Below, one piece after another: positions 43,501 through 54,400 of a DNA stretch of 64,000 nucleotides (positions are counted from its first letter, which is position 1; each line of letters begins with the position of its first letter). Made by a program: the position numbers and the translations under genes. The stretch spans positions 1 to 64,000 of IMG/VR virus record IMGVR_UViG_3300030102_003916; one strand, written 5' to 3'. The notes under the pieces are model-generated. The model did not search any database. It had not been told where the DNA came from and saw only the letters and a program-made list of their open reading frames with translations. This DNA is from an uncultured virus (IMG/VR IMGVR_UViG_3300030102_003916) (taxonomy: Duplodnaviria; Heunggongvirae; Uroviricota; Caudoviricetes; Kyanoviridae).

Positions 43501-44668
43501 GTTAGGTATGCAGTCGAACCAAATCAATACACATTCTCAACATTCAATGGCTATGTGTTGTTAGACAATGGTAATGCAGAGGCATTCACATACACAGGTG
43601 GAGCTACTACTACTCATTTTGGATATTGGCAAGTAAGCAATGTAGGAGGTGGAGGCTCTGGAACTGCATCCGCAGGGAACAAGGTGATGTTCCGAAGAAG
43701 GGCAGCAATATCCACTACCCAATCAAACGGCCCTGCCGTCAGTGTCGATAGCTCGGACAAAGGAACGGTGTTTAAGGGACAAACTGCAATCATAGCGCAT
43801 GACTTCGACCAGGATACTGCTACTCACAATGTCGAATACGGGCCTATGAAAGACTTGGATGTCACTAAGGATCACACAATTAGCGTGTGGTTCAAACCAA
43901 CAGACACATCATTTGCTAGTGATGCAGAAGTGGCAAGTGGCCCTCTTATCTCGGGTGTCGATAGTGGGGGCAAGTTTTGGGGCTTATACATCTCAGGCAA
44001 GCGCAACAATACGACATATCAATATTTCAGGCCATCATACATTTATCACGATGGCTCAAACTACAAACTAGCCACAGTCAATATCACAATAGGCGGTCTG
44101 CAAGTCCAAAGAGGCACATGGACTAACTTGATTGTCAAGGTGACAGATGGAGTGGCCAATTTCCGTGCAGGGAACACTACGCATATTCGATTCAAGCACT
44201 ATCCATATGCTGGCGGTGCAGCAAGGNNNNNNNNNNAGGATACACGATGAAACAGGAATGGTGAATTTGGCAGGTGGCAATAACTTTCCATCAAATTTGG
44301 CAGGTTATGTCTCCAATGTCCGTTCTCTCTCATCAGCAACGGTCACGATGGCCAAAGCACAATTGCCTCCAGACTTGTCTGATGGCGAACCTAAAACGAA
44401 CTCCTTGTTCATCGGCCTCTCGACAATAAGGAGAAGCATACTGAAAGATGTCTGGTCTGATCTGACAGGCTATAACTCAGGGGCGGTGGACTTGGTTGTT
44501 GGCACTAACGATGGTGTGACTAATACAGATGATACGACAGCAAATCAGAATCCATACATAAATAACGTATGGCTATTCAAAACGGCCTTGTGTAATGTTT
44601 CCGTATTCAATTACGCCCTTCCTAATTCTGAGTGTGACAAGATATTCGCTGCAAGAGGTGTGTGGTAA
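37513..44668 (+). CDS. Giant tail-tip protein (~2380 aa) with N- and C-terminal LamG/concanavalin-like domains; split by N gap 44227-44236
   Basis: FTIDAYV...LKCYING...IFIGG...FRGIIESIRI and HTISVWFKP...WTNL...CNVSVFNYAL; the frame after the gap completes the LamG-like domain. Confidence 0.7.
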
Positions 44669-47600
44669 TGGCACGTTTCACCAAGCAGATATATCCTGCT
44701 ATGGCAACGCCCCTTGCCTCTGCGAGTGGCTATCCTGCAAGCGGATTCTTCGCTATGCACATCACTTACCCCGACACAGAGTACGATGATGCCGTGACTG
44801 ATTGGGAGTACGGCACAAACACCAACGACCAATGGAAGCAGGGTCTGACAGTAATTGTAAGGACACCATTGGCTACCGCTTCTGCACCCTCTGAGGACAC
44901 TAACGTAATCGTGGTGGATCTTAAGCAAGCCGCAACAGATGATACGAATGGCAAGACCTACGACTTAGGAACAGAGGAAGCCACCAGGCTAATAGCGGCT
45001 AAAATCAACAGTCGCAGGGCAATTCAACAGGGAGAGCATAGCAAGACTAGGTATCTCCGAGCTAGATATGTGAGGATGTCAGGGAAGCCAACCTATTCAT
45101 CCACAGTCGCTTATGCAAAAGACGCACAGACGCTTCGAGTGGAGTTAGATGGGGCTTACAGGCACGGCTTCCCATCAGGCACAGCATCATCGGGTACGAT
45201 AACATACAACGATAGCAATCACACTAACCTGTCATTGACATACACGGCGATTACCCCTGTTAGGAGAGGTGGTAGGCAAGATGACTCATTACCAAAAACG
45301 CAGACCACACTCGTTGATTTCACAATATCCGGTGGCACTTTGCAATCATTGATTTCGCAAGTCGGAGGATCTTATCCTGAGATAATTAGTAGTGCTACTG
45401 CTACGATAACAGGAGAACCGGCAAAACACACGGTTGTTCTAACTTGGGAAACAACCACTCCCAATGCCGCAGGTGGATATTGGGCTGCAGCCAATGGTGG
45501 GCCTGTATTCCAGGGAATAGGTGCTTCCGTACCCACTTGGTATCTAGGAGCGAAACCTATGGATGGTGGAAACATGGGCTTACCTGCGCCTAATTACGAC
45601 TCAAGAGGTTCAACTGCCACCGCACACTCATCCGGTCACGGATATGTCAGATTTAGCATTGAAGGTTTGAACTCCTGCAATCTTCCTGACATACCCCCTC
45701 CTGACTATACAGTCACCGAACCATCCATCGCACATATTACCAAAGCCGACTCAGATACTACGGGTTCTAACAATATTAAACTCGCAGATATGGAATATGG
45801 GACAACATTCCCTGCATCATCAGGAGATATGCTCCATCTCAACAACGGATATAGGGCAACGGCCACAAACAATTCCAATAATATGCTCTCTAATTCATAT
45901 GATAATTTAACCAATGTCTCATATGTTGGAAACTTTGAGAGTGCAGGTATTGATGGAGATGGTAGTGTCAATGTTCCCCGACCCATATTCTCATCAAAGA
46001 CTCTCAACACCTCTAGGGTATCAGGACTTCAAATCTCAAATGAAGAGAGAGTGTTTGAAGACATTATCACCACAGACGACCAGGGAAACAAACTGACCTT
46101 GTTCGGCAAATCTCCCTTCGGGGTGGTCATCAAGGACTATGCCGTACAGAACACTAGGATTGACCCTACTACGGGTGAGGAGATTACAGGGCCATCCACA
46201 ACAGATGGGAAACTAACTCCAAATATGCAGATACAACTACCAGACCCCTCAGAGATACCAGGAGAGGTATTTGTCAGAAGCGGGCATGACCGCATCCAAG
46301 CCTACTCCAACCTAACTTGGGGGATGGGTGGTCTAACGGCTCCTGACCCTCGCAGACCAGGCGTAGCAGAGGCATCAGGAGAGGCATCGCAGTTCGACAC
46401 TCACGACAGGATGCTAATTTTCCACGTTCAGAGGCTTCTGCATCCCGATATGGCGACCAAACAGGGCTTGACCCCCCACACTACTGCCGGAGCCGTTCCA
46501 AGCGGCACAACACGTTTATTCTCAGCTCACAGGATAACCGACCACGCAGAGCGAGGCTCAGTCCTAACGCAGACTAACAATGGAACGGCAACGGGATACC
46601 CCTATCCACACCATAGAATACGCTTTGCAAGGCAAGGACACTCGTTTGTGACTCCAATGACCCATAGGGGTACTCCTGCGGCTATGAGGAGACAGTTGCA
46701 TCGTTCTCACGGATCTTCCTACTCTCTGCTATTTGAGGCGGAAACCGAGAACAAGCACCACGTCTTCGGTTCTGCTAAATCCACTAACAGTTCAACAATC
46801 TTTGAGTTGGATACGCTTGAAGTCAAAGACGAGAGTGGGTACAGGGCAAACGGCTCTTTCTCTTCAGATGGCGTTCCTGCTAGTGAACAAGGCGGATTCA
46901 GGCTACCTGATGTCAAGGCAGTCTATTCGAGCGTCACCCCGAGAACGGACATTGACTACCTCGTTGCCCCTGGTCAGGAGCAAACTGAGACAATCGGAGC
47001 AGGTCATTTGGTCAGAAGGGCCGCACCAAGCAGGACAACCACCACAAATTCGGGGCCAACTAGGCTGACTTTTGCCAATGCATTGAGTGGTGGGAGCCGA
47101 TATAACACAAGTTCTGAGGCCATAACGAACGGCTTCATGATTGGAGACTACGCACTAGCCGGAGGTCGCCCAATGGCCCCTGTAATTGACGTAGGATCGG
47201 CAAATTACTTTGTTTTAGGACTTGAAGAAGGGGTCGCAGTACCTCGTTCTGGTACTGAATTGGCTACTGTACCCCCTCTTCTGTGCCACGACCCTGAATA
47301 TCTCAATCTAGCGGCCCTTACACCAGGAGGTAGTGGTGGTATAACGGCTACAAATGGTGACTTTGCACTACTCAACAAGGACAACACCGGAACAGGGTGT
47401 GTCCCTGACGCTTTCTTGTGTCATTGGTTAGCCGAATACAACCATCCTGCACTACTCGGAACGAGCCGTGAGCACTACTTGACCTTCAGATACAGGGAGT
47501 CGGGGATGCCTCGGGCCTTGAACTACCCACCTACTAGGGGTCTGTACCTTCGCAACCACTCCAACCCCACCACTACTGCACAGGCAGAGAACGCCCTAGC

Positions 47601-50600
47601 CTTTGAGAGACTATACATCACACAATGGTTGCAGAACTATGGATACAATGGATTGAATGCAGGAGGGCATGGGAATATAGTCGGGTTGAAGTCTGCTAAC
47701 TCTGTGCTTATGGGCCATACTACCGTAAGGGAACCACAAGGTACGCTCCGCATATTAACAGAATATGAGAATGTGCGCCATACTAGGGGAGAAGGTATAG
47801 GAGATGGCATCAATCCTGAGAGAACAGGTGTGACCATATCTTATGATACTGATACAGATAGTGTGGCGTTCACCTCATATGTTTCTGTTGTCGATAGTAT
47901 GGTCGCATATGATTACAGTCGTAGGTTGCCTGTAAGAGCCTGGGGTTTCCGAACTAGCTCAGACGCTTTGGATATGTTAGCAGGAGATCCTAATGAGCAT
48001 CAGTCTGCTAACCAACCCGTCTATGGGAAGGGAAGATTTGACGGTGGCATTCACGATACGATGAATAAGATTCCAAACGCCTCAACACACGGAGATTCCT
48101 GGGTGTTCCCGTCTGACTACAACGGTGTCGAGAGGACAATGCCCATAGGATTGGTGCTGACTGCTCACACGGCAGAGGCCACGCCCTTCTCAAGCGTGAT
48201 TAGAAGAAGCAACACGAAGCCCCTGCCGTCAGAGCAACCAATTGGAATGGGACTCACTCTAGGGATGGACTCTGCGGGCCTAATCAAGCCAACTGCACTA
48301 CCAGCAGGGGTGTGGCAACCGAAGACAGACCCGAACAAAGGAGCAAACGAACCTTTGAAGGCAATACCGATGAACAAGGGTTCCGACCCGTTCATTGACT
48401 TGACACAATACACAGGATCGAACACCTATGCACAATCATCCTCATCATCCGCAGTCAGCTCCACGCAATTCGGAGTAGGGGGTGGCTTCCACCACCTGAG
48501 AGGCAATGCTCTGCACACGAATGCATCAGCAATAGACCACTCAAACACATCAAATGTCCATTATCCCACGACAGGATGGGGAATAGGGACACATAGCAAT
48601 GCCACGATAACTAGCCTAACACCAATCCCTCTGTCTGAGATTAGCGACCACAGGCAGATTCAATCAAGGACAGAACCACGTCTTGGTTTCGTTATACAGA
48701 CCGAAAGCGAGCGTCAGACAAACAAGAATATCCAATACTCAATACTCTCTACGAAGGCAGCATCATTGCACAGTGACTTGATTGTCGGTCAGCACTTCCC
48801 TGTAATGCCCTCCTGGTCTGTCAATACCAAGTTCACCACTCACAACATGACGGTGAACCCCTCAAGCCCCTCAAGCCAAACAATCAGCAACCCGTACACT
48901 CTGCCCTCATGGAGTCCTGATACCAAAGACGACAAAGGAGATGGAGGTGCGGCGGTGTCCTCTTTGTCACTCACCAACGCAGGAACGGGATACACCTTCC
49001 CTAGTGGCACACTCGGATTCTCAGGCGGTGGTGGTGGAACAGGATTCTCAGGGACATACACTACGACAACCACTCTTGCCAATGCCACTCCCAATACTAA
49101 CTCATCCCAACAATACACAGGTACAGGGACAGACATCGTAGCCCTGTCCATCTCAGGCGGGGGAGGTTCGGGGGCCGCAGGAACGTACACGTTGAAACCA
49201 GATGGAAAGCCATTGAAAGGGTCTAATTTCACCATAACTAACGCAGGATCATACTCATCCGTTCCCACTTTGACAATAGATGCCCCAACATCAGAAACAC
49301 CTGGCAATGTCACGGCTACGGCAACCGCCGTTCTAGCATATGGTGCGAGTATGACTAATCCCAATAACACATCAGGTGGGACAGGATCTGTGTCGATTAC
49401 TTATGAGTCAGAGAGCGAGGTTAGCGCAGAACAAACACCAAAGACCCTATCTGGTGGAACTATAACGCTAGAAAACGGACAAGACATTGGCCCATACACA
49501 TTGCAAGGAGGAGCCACAACAGGGATAGCCTACATAGGAGATAAACCAGATACACAGAAGTTCACTTACACCGGAGTCAATACCTCCAACCCTTCGGCCC
49601 ATCAATTCACGAATGTTTATATGTTGGGGCCAGTTAATCAGAATTTTTCTGCTGGCACAAAAATCAGGCCATTGTCTCAACTTGGCGAATCAATAACAGG
49701 AACCACAGTTAGATTCAAGGCTACGCAAACTAGCCCTGCTCATACCACACAAGCAGAGGGAAAAATCGCATATAATTTCTCAGGTGGTAGGAATTACATC
49801 ACATCATACTCCCTGACGCAAACAGGAGCTGGTTTCACAAACGCTGGAACGAAGACAATGACTTTGCTAAATACAGGAAATGGGTACGGGCAACATAAGT
49901 TCGAGTCAAATGGCGACCAAACAACCGCCAATGCAGATATTGGCTTGGCATCAAACGGGGTGTTGTCATCCATCACTATGACCAATGTAGGAGATGGTTA
50001 TCTGTCCGTACCATCTGTGACTATCTCAGGCTCGGGCGGAGGTGCTATTACTGCCGCTATCAACACGGCCCACCCAACCACTAGAACGATTACTGACGTG
50101 AACATATCCAACAATGGAAGTGGATACACTTCAGCACCAACGATAACCGCTACCACTCATCTAAGTGGAGGTGGTACGGCTCAGACAATCAACCCAATAC
50201 TTGGTACGACAGGGCCGATAGCTTCTGTGAGCATATCAAATGGCGGGTCAGGGTTCACAACCGCACCGACCATAGTTCCGAGTGGTAGCGGTAGCAACGC
50301 GGACATCACGCCTACTGTTCAACTACCAACCAACCCATCTGTGCTGAATGCCGCTAAGACTCATGCAAAGGATGCTTGGACAGTCAGAGGTTCAGCAGAC
50401 TTGCCACCCTGGGGTGGAACGTATATCCTTCGTAAGACATACTTGAACAGAAGCGAAGAGGGAACACTCACTACTGACGTGTTCGGGACAGATGGCAACG
50501 CTACGACATCGAATCAGAAGAGGAAGTCGATTGACTACTTCGTTCGACCCGTCAGGCCACTCAAACTCTTTGGCTTTGCATCAGACTTGTTGCAAGATGG

Positions 50601-52746
50601 ATGGACACACGGCGCAAGATCATCAATAGGAGATGCAGATACGGAGTATCAGCCTTTCACTCGTGACAATCGGTATGGTGTTTTTGAATCAGACATGGAA
50701 CAGACTCTTGGGACACTCCAATTCATCAGCACGGCAGAAGGGCTGTTCGAGATGTCCTGGCCGGATGCAAACGAGCTAGACTCCGTATTCCATTTGCTAC
50801 CAAGCGCATCCATGCTACAATTCTTCAAGTCGGATGCGGTTCGCAAGACTGTCGATGGAGAGTTCAACCCCGAGATAGAAGCAAGATACTCACAGACCAC
50901 TCATCCAGGTGGCGGAGAGAGCCTTCACCAATCCGAAGCAAGATACAGGGCAGAGGGAACAGGTGTAAGCGGCGACTTCGTGAAGCAGACGACACCTGAT
51001 GGTGTGACTCACACGCACATGGATTCTGCAATGAGGTTGTATCCTCAGTTCGAGGTCACTAGACACGTTAGCAACAATGTGTTCCTCAAGGATGCATCTA
51101 TGCTGCCTACATCCGGCACACTGTTCATAGTCGGGAAGGGCAAGATAACCTACACAGGCAAGACCAGGAATAAACTAACAGGCGTGACTAACAATACGGG
51201 AGTAGGTGACTTGACGGGTTCCATACTCCGTTATACTACCGAGACAAGTCCCTCAACACTAGCAGACATACGGTCTTTGACTCTCCCTCATTTGGTATCT
51301 CCTACGTTCATAGACAATTCAATAGTATTGGCAAAGCAAGAGTCCGCTTTGTGGAATCGTTTCGATACTGCCTCAAGCACGGTCAAACCCACTACTCTCT
51401 CATACCGAGGACTGTTGGAGTATGATCCAGCAGACTTCTTCATGATTAATCAAAGACCAATACTCATAGAGAATGGCAAGACCTCTGCTCAAATCAAAAC
51501 GACATCGCCTTCAATTACAGCAATCAGATTCGATGGAAAGACAGTATCTTCATCACACTTCCCGCCATACTTGTTTGACCAGACCGGATTCTCATTGAGG
51601 ATAGCGGGTGTCGAAACAGATGAGTTGTCCACCTTCCTGCAATTCAGGAACATAGATTCTGACAGTCTGTCTGATGCTGGTTTAACACAAGGCCCGATAC
51701 TGCTTGGTCAGCTCGGTTTCGTAGGTATCAGAACAAGTGATGCCACGCTGACGTTGCTCAATGATGCAGGGGCAGACTTAGCGGCGTATAACGTCACACC
51801 AACCAACGCCCTACTATCAAAGGATAGAGAGACATCCTCGACCTTAGATGCTCACCCATCTCTTCGTTTGGTTTCAGACCACTCCAACGTCTTCACGGCA
51901 AGGAAGACTAGAGGCTTGAACATCATGGAAATCATACGAAACCTCACACAGATAGATGGCAAGCAATTGGTGAATGAGAGAAATGGCTCACTCATCTATT
52001 CATCTAACAGTTTCAATGGGCGTGGCGCAACACTAGGCATGGGTAGTGGTATTAGATCTCTAGTCGTCAGCAAAATGTTTGATTCGCCTAATGAGATAGT
52101 TGTCGTAGGTGACTCACTCGCAGAGAACGAGAGGGTGTTCGTAGTCGTCAAGGACTTGGAGAGGATGAAAAACGAAGCAAGCAAAGGCGCAACGAGCAAC
52201 ATGGTTCGTACACTCAGGCAGGAGATTCCTGGGCTAAAGACAAACACCGAGGCTTTGAAACTCGCCAAGTCCATCTTAGCAAGAGCTGAGAATGGTGCGC
52301 CACTTGTGACATTAGAGGGTGCATTCAGAGCATCATCAATCCAACCAGGAGAGATTGTGAAGATTGACCTGCCGACTCATGGACTAAGAGGAGACTTCGC
52401 AGTATTTGAGGCGACACACAATTACTCCAACATGATGAGTAATTTCATAGTGGCACAGTATGACAAAGGAATCGAAGGCATACTCTCCGATCTTCAAGCG
52501 GTGTCGGGCAACTCATCACCACTAGATGAGTCAGCAGGACAGGTAGTGGATGTTGCCGAAGTGTCGATGTCTGCGGGTATAAACGTGGTAGCAGTCCACA
52601 AGGTATTTGTGCGTAATGTGAACAATACAGGATTCATAATAGGGGCGAAACACACTAATGGAATGGGGAAAATCGGAGTGCGTGACGGGAACAAGCGGGG
52701 GCGACCCATCGGGGCCAGCAAGAGTTTGTATTACGAGGTGAAATGA
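44668..52746 (+). CDS. Giant tail-tip/hub (Tal-like) protein, 2692 aa
   Basis: C-terminal PNEIVVVG...AKSILAR...IQPGEIVKID hub-like pattern; internal TNxGxGYTxxPT repeats. Confidence 0.7.
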   Translation: MARFTKQIYPAMATPLASASGYPASGFFAMHITYPDTEYDDAVTDWEYGTNTNDQWKQGLTVIVRTPLATASAPSEDTNVIVVDLKQAATDDTNGKTYDLGTEEATRLIAAKINSRRAIQQGEHSKTRYLRARYVRMSGKPTYSSTVAYAKDAQTLRVELDGAYRHGFPSGTASSGTITYNDSNHTNLSLTYTAITPVRRGGRQDDSLPKTQTTLVDFTISGGTLQSLISQVGGSYPEIISSATATITGEPAKHTVVLTWETTTPNAAGGYWAAANGGPVFQGIGASVPTWYLGAKPMDGGNMGLPAPNYDSRGSTATAHSSGHGYVRFSIEGLNSCNLPDIPPPDYTVTEPSIAHITKADSDTTGSNNIKLADMEYGTTFPASSGDMLHLNNGYRATATNNSNNMLSNSYDNLTNVSYVGNFESAGIDGDGSVNVPRPIFSSKTLNTSRVSGLQISNEERVFEDIITTDDQGNKLTLFGKSPFGVVIKDYAVQNTRIDPTTGEEITGPSTTDGKLTPNMQIQLPDPSEIPGEVFVRSGHDRIQAYSNLTWGMGGLTAPDPRRPGVAEASGEASQFDTHDRMLIFHVQRLLHPDMATKQGLTPHTTAGAVPSGTTRLFSAHRITDHAERGSVLTQTNNGTATGYPYPHHRIRFARQGHSFVTPMTHRGTPAAMRRQLHRSHGSSYSLLFEAETENKHHVFGSAKSTNSSTIFELDTLEVKDESGYRANGSFSSDGVPASEQGGFRLPDVKAVYSSVTPRTDIDYLVAPGQEQTETIGAGHLVRRAAPSRTTTTNSGPTRLTFANALSGGSRYNTSSEAITNGFMIGDYALAGGRPMAPVIDVGSANYFVLGLEEGVAVPRSGTELATVPPLLCHDPEYLNLAALTPGGSGGITATNGDFALLNKDNTGTGCVPDAFLCHWLAEYNHPALLGTSREHYLTFRYRESGMPRALNYPPTRGLYLRNHSNPTTTAQAENALAFERLYITQWLQNYGYNGLNAGGHGNIVGLKSANSVLMGHTTVREPQGTLRILTEYENVRHTRGEGIGDGINPERTGVTISYDTDTDSVAFTSYVSVVDSMVAYDYSRRLPVRAWGFRTSSDALDMLAGDPNEHQSANQPVYGKGRFDGGIHDTMNKIPNASTHGDSWVFPSDYNGVERTMPIGLVLTAHTAEATPFSSVIRRSNTKPLPSEQPIGMGLTLGMDSAGLIKPTALPAGVWQPKTDPNKGANEPLKAIPMNKGSDPFIDLTQYTGSNTYAQSSSSSAVSSTQFGVGGGFHHLRGNALHTNASAIDHSNTSNVHYPTTGWGIGTHSNATITSLTPIPLSEISDHRQIQSRTEPRLGFVIQTESERQTNKNIQYSILSTKAASLHSDLIVGQHFPVMPSWSVNTKFTTHNMTVNPSSPSSQTISNPYTLPSWSPDTKDDKGDGGAAVSSLSLTNAGTGYTFPSGTLGFSGGGGGTGFSGTYTTTTTLANATPNTNSSQQYTGTGTDIVALSISGGGGSGAAGTYTLKPDGKPLKGSNFTITNAGSYSSVPTLTIDAPTSETPGNVTATATAVLAYGASMTNPNNTSGGTGSVSITYESESEVSAEQTPKTLSGGTITLENGQDIGPYTLQGGATTGIAYIGDKPDTQKFTYTGVNTSNPSAHQFTNVYMLGPVNQNFSAGTKIRPLSQLGESITGTTVRFKATQTSPAHTTQAEGKIAYNFSGGRNYITSYSLTQTGAGFTNAGTKTMTLLNTGNGYGQHKFESNGDQTTANADIGLASNGVLSSITMTNVGDGYLSVPSVTISGSGGGAITAAINTAHPTTRTITDVNISNNGSGYTSAPTITATTHLSGGGTAQTINPILGTTGPIASVSISNGGSGFTTAPTIVPSGSGSNADITPTVQLPTNPSVLNAAKTHAKDAWTVRGSADLPPWGGTYILRKTYLNRSEEGTLTTDVFGTDGNATTSNQKRKSIDYFVRPVRPLKLFGFASDLLQDGWTHGARSSIGDADTEYQPFTRDNRYGVFESDMEQTLGTLQFISTAEGLFEMSWPDANELDSVFHLLPSASMLQFFKSDAVRKTVDGEFNPEIEARYSQTTHPGGGESLHQSEARYRAEGTGVSGDFVKQTTPDGVTHTHMDSAMRLYPQFEVTRHVSNNVFLKDASMLPTSGTLFIVGKGKITYTGKTRNKLTGVTNNTGVGDLTGSILRYTTETSPSTLADIRSLTLPHLVSPTFIDNSIVLAKQESALWNRFDTASSTVKPTTLSYRGLLEYDPADFFMINQRPILIENGKTSAQIKTTSPSITAIRFDGKTVSSSHFPPYLFDQTGFSLRIAGVETDELSTFLQFRNIDSDSLSDAGLTQGPILLGQLGFVGIRTSDATLTLLNDAGADLAAYNVTPTNALLSKDRETSSTLDAHPSLRLVSDHSNVFTARKTRGLNIMEIIRNLTQIDGKQLVNERNGSLIYSSNSFNGRGATLGMGSGIRSLVVSKMFDSPNEIVVVGDSLAENERVFVVVKDLERMKNEASKGATSNMVRTLRQEIPGLKTNTEALKLAKSILARAENGAPLVTLEGAFRASSIQPGEIVKIDLPTHGLRGDFAVFEATHNYSNMMSNFIVAQYDKGIEGILSDLQAVSGNSSPLDESAGQVVDVAEVSMSAGINVVAVHKVFVRNVNNTGFIIGAKHTNGMGKIGVRDGNKRGRPIGASKSLYYEVK

Positions 52747-53087
52747 TGCCGGTATTAGATTCATTGAAGTCCGCTTTGACAGACCATCTGTCCACGTTAG
52801 TCACACGCATGACTCTCGGTTCAAGTGGTGGCGATGCATCAAGCAGAGATGGTGGTGCAGGGACACCACAGATAACCACTATACCCCAGGTCAGCAAGAT
52901 AGATGATAGAACGATTGCAGTCACGGCTAACTTCGATACTCAGCAGACATCCTCTGAGGCAATCAAGGAAGTCGCTTTGCATGGTGACACAGCATTGGAC
53001 ACACCTGCATATCGTGCGACATTCCTACCCATAGATAAGAATACGACCAATGAGATAAGAGTCGATGTTCTGATGGAGGTGAGATAA
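52743..53087 (+). CDS. Small baseplate/fibre-anchor-like protein
   Basis: IKEVALH...ATFLPIDKNTTNEIRVDV pattern; RBS GAGGTGA. Confidence 0.55.
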   Translation: MMPVLDSLKSALTDHLSTLVTRMTLGSSGGDASSRDGGAGTPQITTIPQVSKIDDRTIAVTANFDTQQTSSEAIKEVALHGDTALDTPAYRATFLPIDKNTTNEIRVDVLMEVR

Positions 53088-53088
53088 C

Positions 53089-54171
53089 ATGGCAGGATTG
53101 GGTCAGGGACACGAAACGGCAAATCAATCGTATCAGTCAGATGGACTTAGAGACACAGATGTCCTGGCTAGTCCCACTCTTACTAACTTCAACGAACGTG
53201 GTCTGCTCAACGGAGTCGTGCCTATCATCTCCAATGACTATGACTCGGGTTCTCGCAATTCATCCACGACAGGCAACTGTGCTTGCTCCACATCGGGCAG
53301 TCAATCTATTGTGATAGCGGCTGGAACCTTAGTGGTCGATGGTGTGTTCTATTCCATAACCACATCCACCTTGAACGTGGCATCTGTGACGGCACAGTAT
53401 GCGACATACAATTCAAGCACAGCTCCGACACTCTCTGCCAACCATGAAAGAATACTCTTGGTGTATTTCGATCCTGATCTTACGAATAATATCGGTTTCG
53501 TCTATGGTGCTTCAATAGATACTTCGAGTGGAGCATACCCTCAAAGCCCATCAGCTCATCTTGCCAATCAAACGATAGTCCTGGCCTCTGCTAGATTGCA
53601 CAGGAATAACAACCAAGTCGAGATTGCATCACTCGAAGACAAGAGGGTCTTCGTAAGACCAGGCCCGATACCCGTGTCATCACTCATAGATGGTGGCGCA
53701 GCATCCATGCCCAAAAACAACTTCCTATCGGGCAATCAAGGAAACCTACCGATTACCGATTTAGGATTCATCTTCGCCCGTGACCCTGCGGGACTTGGCG
53801 ACCACCCTGACGGTAGCGGCGGCACACATCTGTTCTATCAGTCCGATCAGAGAATCAACCAAGCAGGAACAGGCGGGGCATATCAGATAACGCCGACACA
53901 CAGGACATCCATACTGACAGGAACATACACAGGAGCGCAGAAGAACTTCACATTGGAATACAGTCCTCTCGGTTCCCAGGATGAGGCATCAACCAAACTT
54001 ATCGAGGTCGTCATGTATAAGTCAGGAACGCCACGCTTCATCGCTACTCTCATACAAGGACTAGACTACACCATATCTGCAAACGTAGTGACCGTCAATG
54101 GCTCACTAGGATATACAGGCACACCAACTCACGTTAGGATTTCTTATGTTCATGCGGGGCATACAGGTTGA
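53089..54171 (+). CDS. Putative tail fibre/baseplate protein
   Basis: 360 aa, S/T/G-rich, IAAGTLVVDG and IVLA...IASLEDKR motifs; RBS GGAGGTGA. Confidence 0.6.
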   Translation: MAGLGQGHETANQSYQSDGLRDTDVLASPTLTNFNERGLLNGVVPIISNDYDSGSRNSSTTGNCACSTSGSQSIVIAAGTLVVDGVFYSITTSTLNVASVTAQYATYNSSTAPTLSANHERILLVYFDPDLTNNIGFVYGASIDTSSGAYPQSPSAHLANQTIVLASARLHRNNNQVEIASLEDKRVFVRPGPIPVSSLIDGGAASMPKNNFLSGNQGNLPITDLGFIFARDPAGLGDHPDGSGGTHLFYQSDQRINQAGTGGAYQITPTHRTSILTGTYTGAQKNFTLEYSPLGSQDEASTKLIEVVMYKSGTPRFIATLIQGLDYTISANVVTVNGSLGYTGTPTHVRISYVHAGHTG

Positions 54172-54214
54172 TTGGCGAGATAGCATTGTGGTGGATTATG
54201 TTGGGAGTGATTTA

Positions 54215-54400
54215 TTGGGCAACATAAATCATTACCAAGACAAGATTAGCCAGGATTGTCCAGACTGTGGCAATCGTGTGTTGGCTATCCGCATCAATGG
54301 TTTCTATGCCGGTTCGAGAGATAGAATATTTTTATGGGAATGTCCGTTGTGTGAAAGCGTGTGGAAGAAGCTCAAGCCCAAGTTGAAGGTGGAAGCATGA
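54215..54400 (+). CDS. Small Zn-ribbon protein
   Basis: CPDC...WECPLC; TTG 54215 follows GGAGTGA (the ORF is open from 54146). Confidence 0.65.
   Translation: MGNINHYQDKISQDCPDCGNRVLAIRINGFYAGSRDRIFLWECPLCESVWKKLKPKLKVEA

Noticed and set aside
44147..44668. Separate 173-aa gene
   Set aside because: Artefact of the N gap at 44227-44236; it is the C-terminus of the preceding giant ORF.
20512..52764. Numerous short antisense and alternate-frame ORFs
   Set aside because: Almost all lie within long + strand genes and have no recognisable motifs; they are shadow ORFs.
20321..54171. Diversity-generating retroelement or invertible fibre cassette
   Set aside because: No reverse transcriptase, invertase or near-identical template/variable repeat pair noticed in this window; a self-alignment would be needed to exclude it fully.
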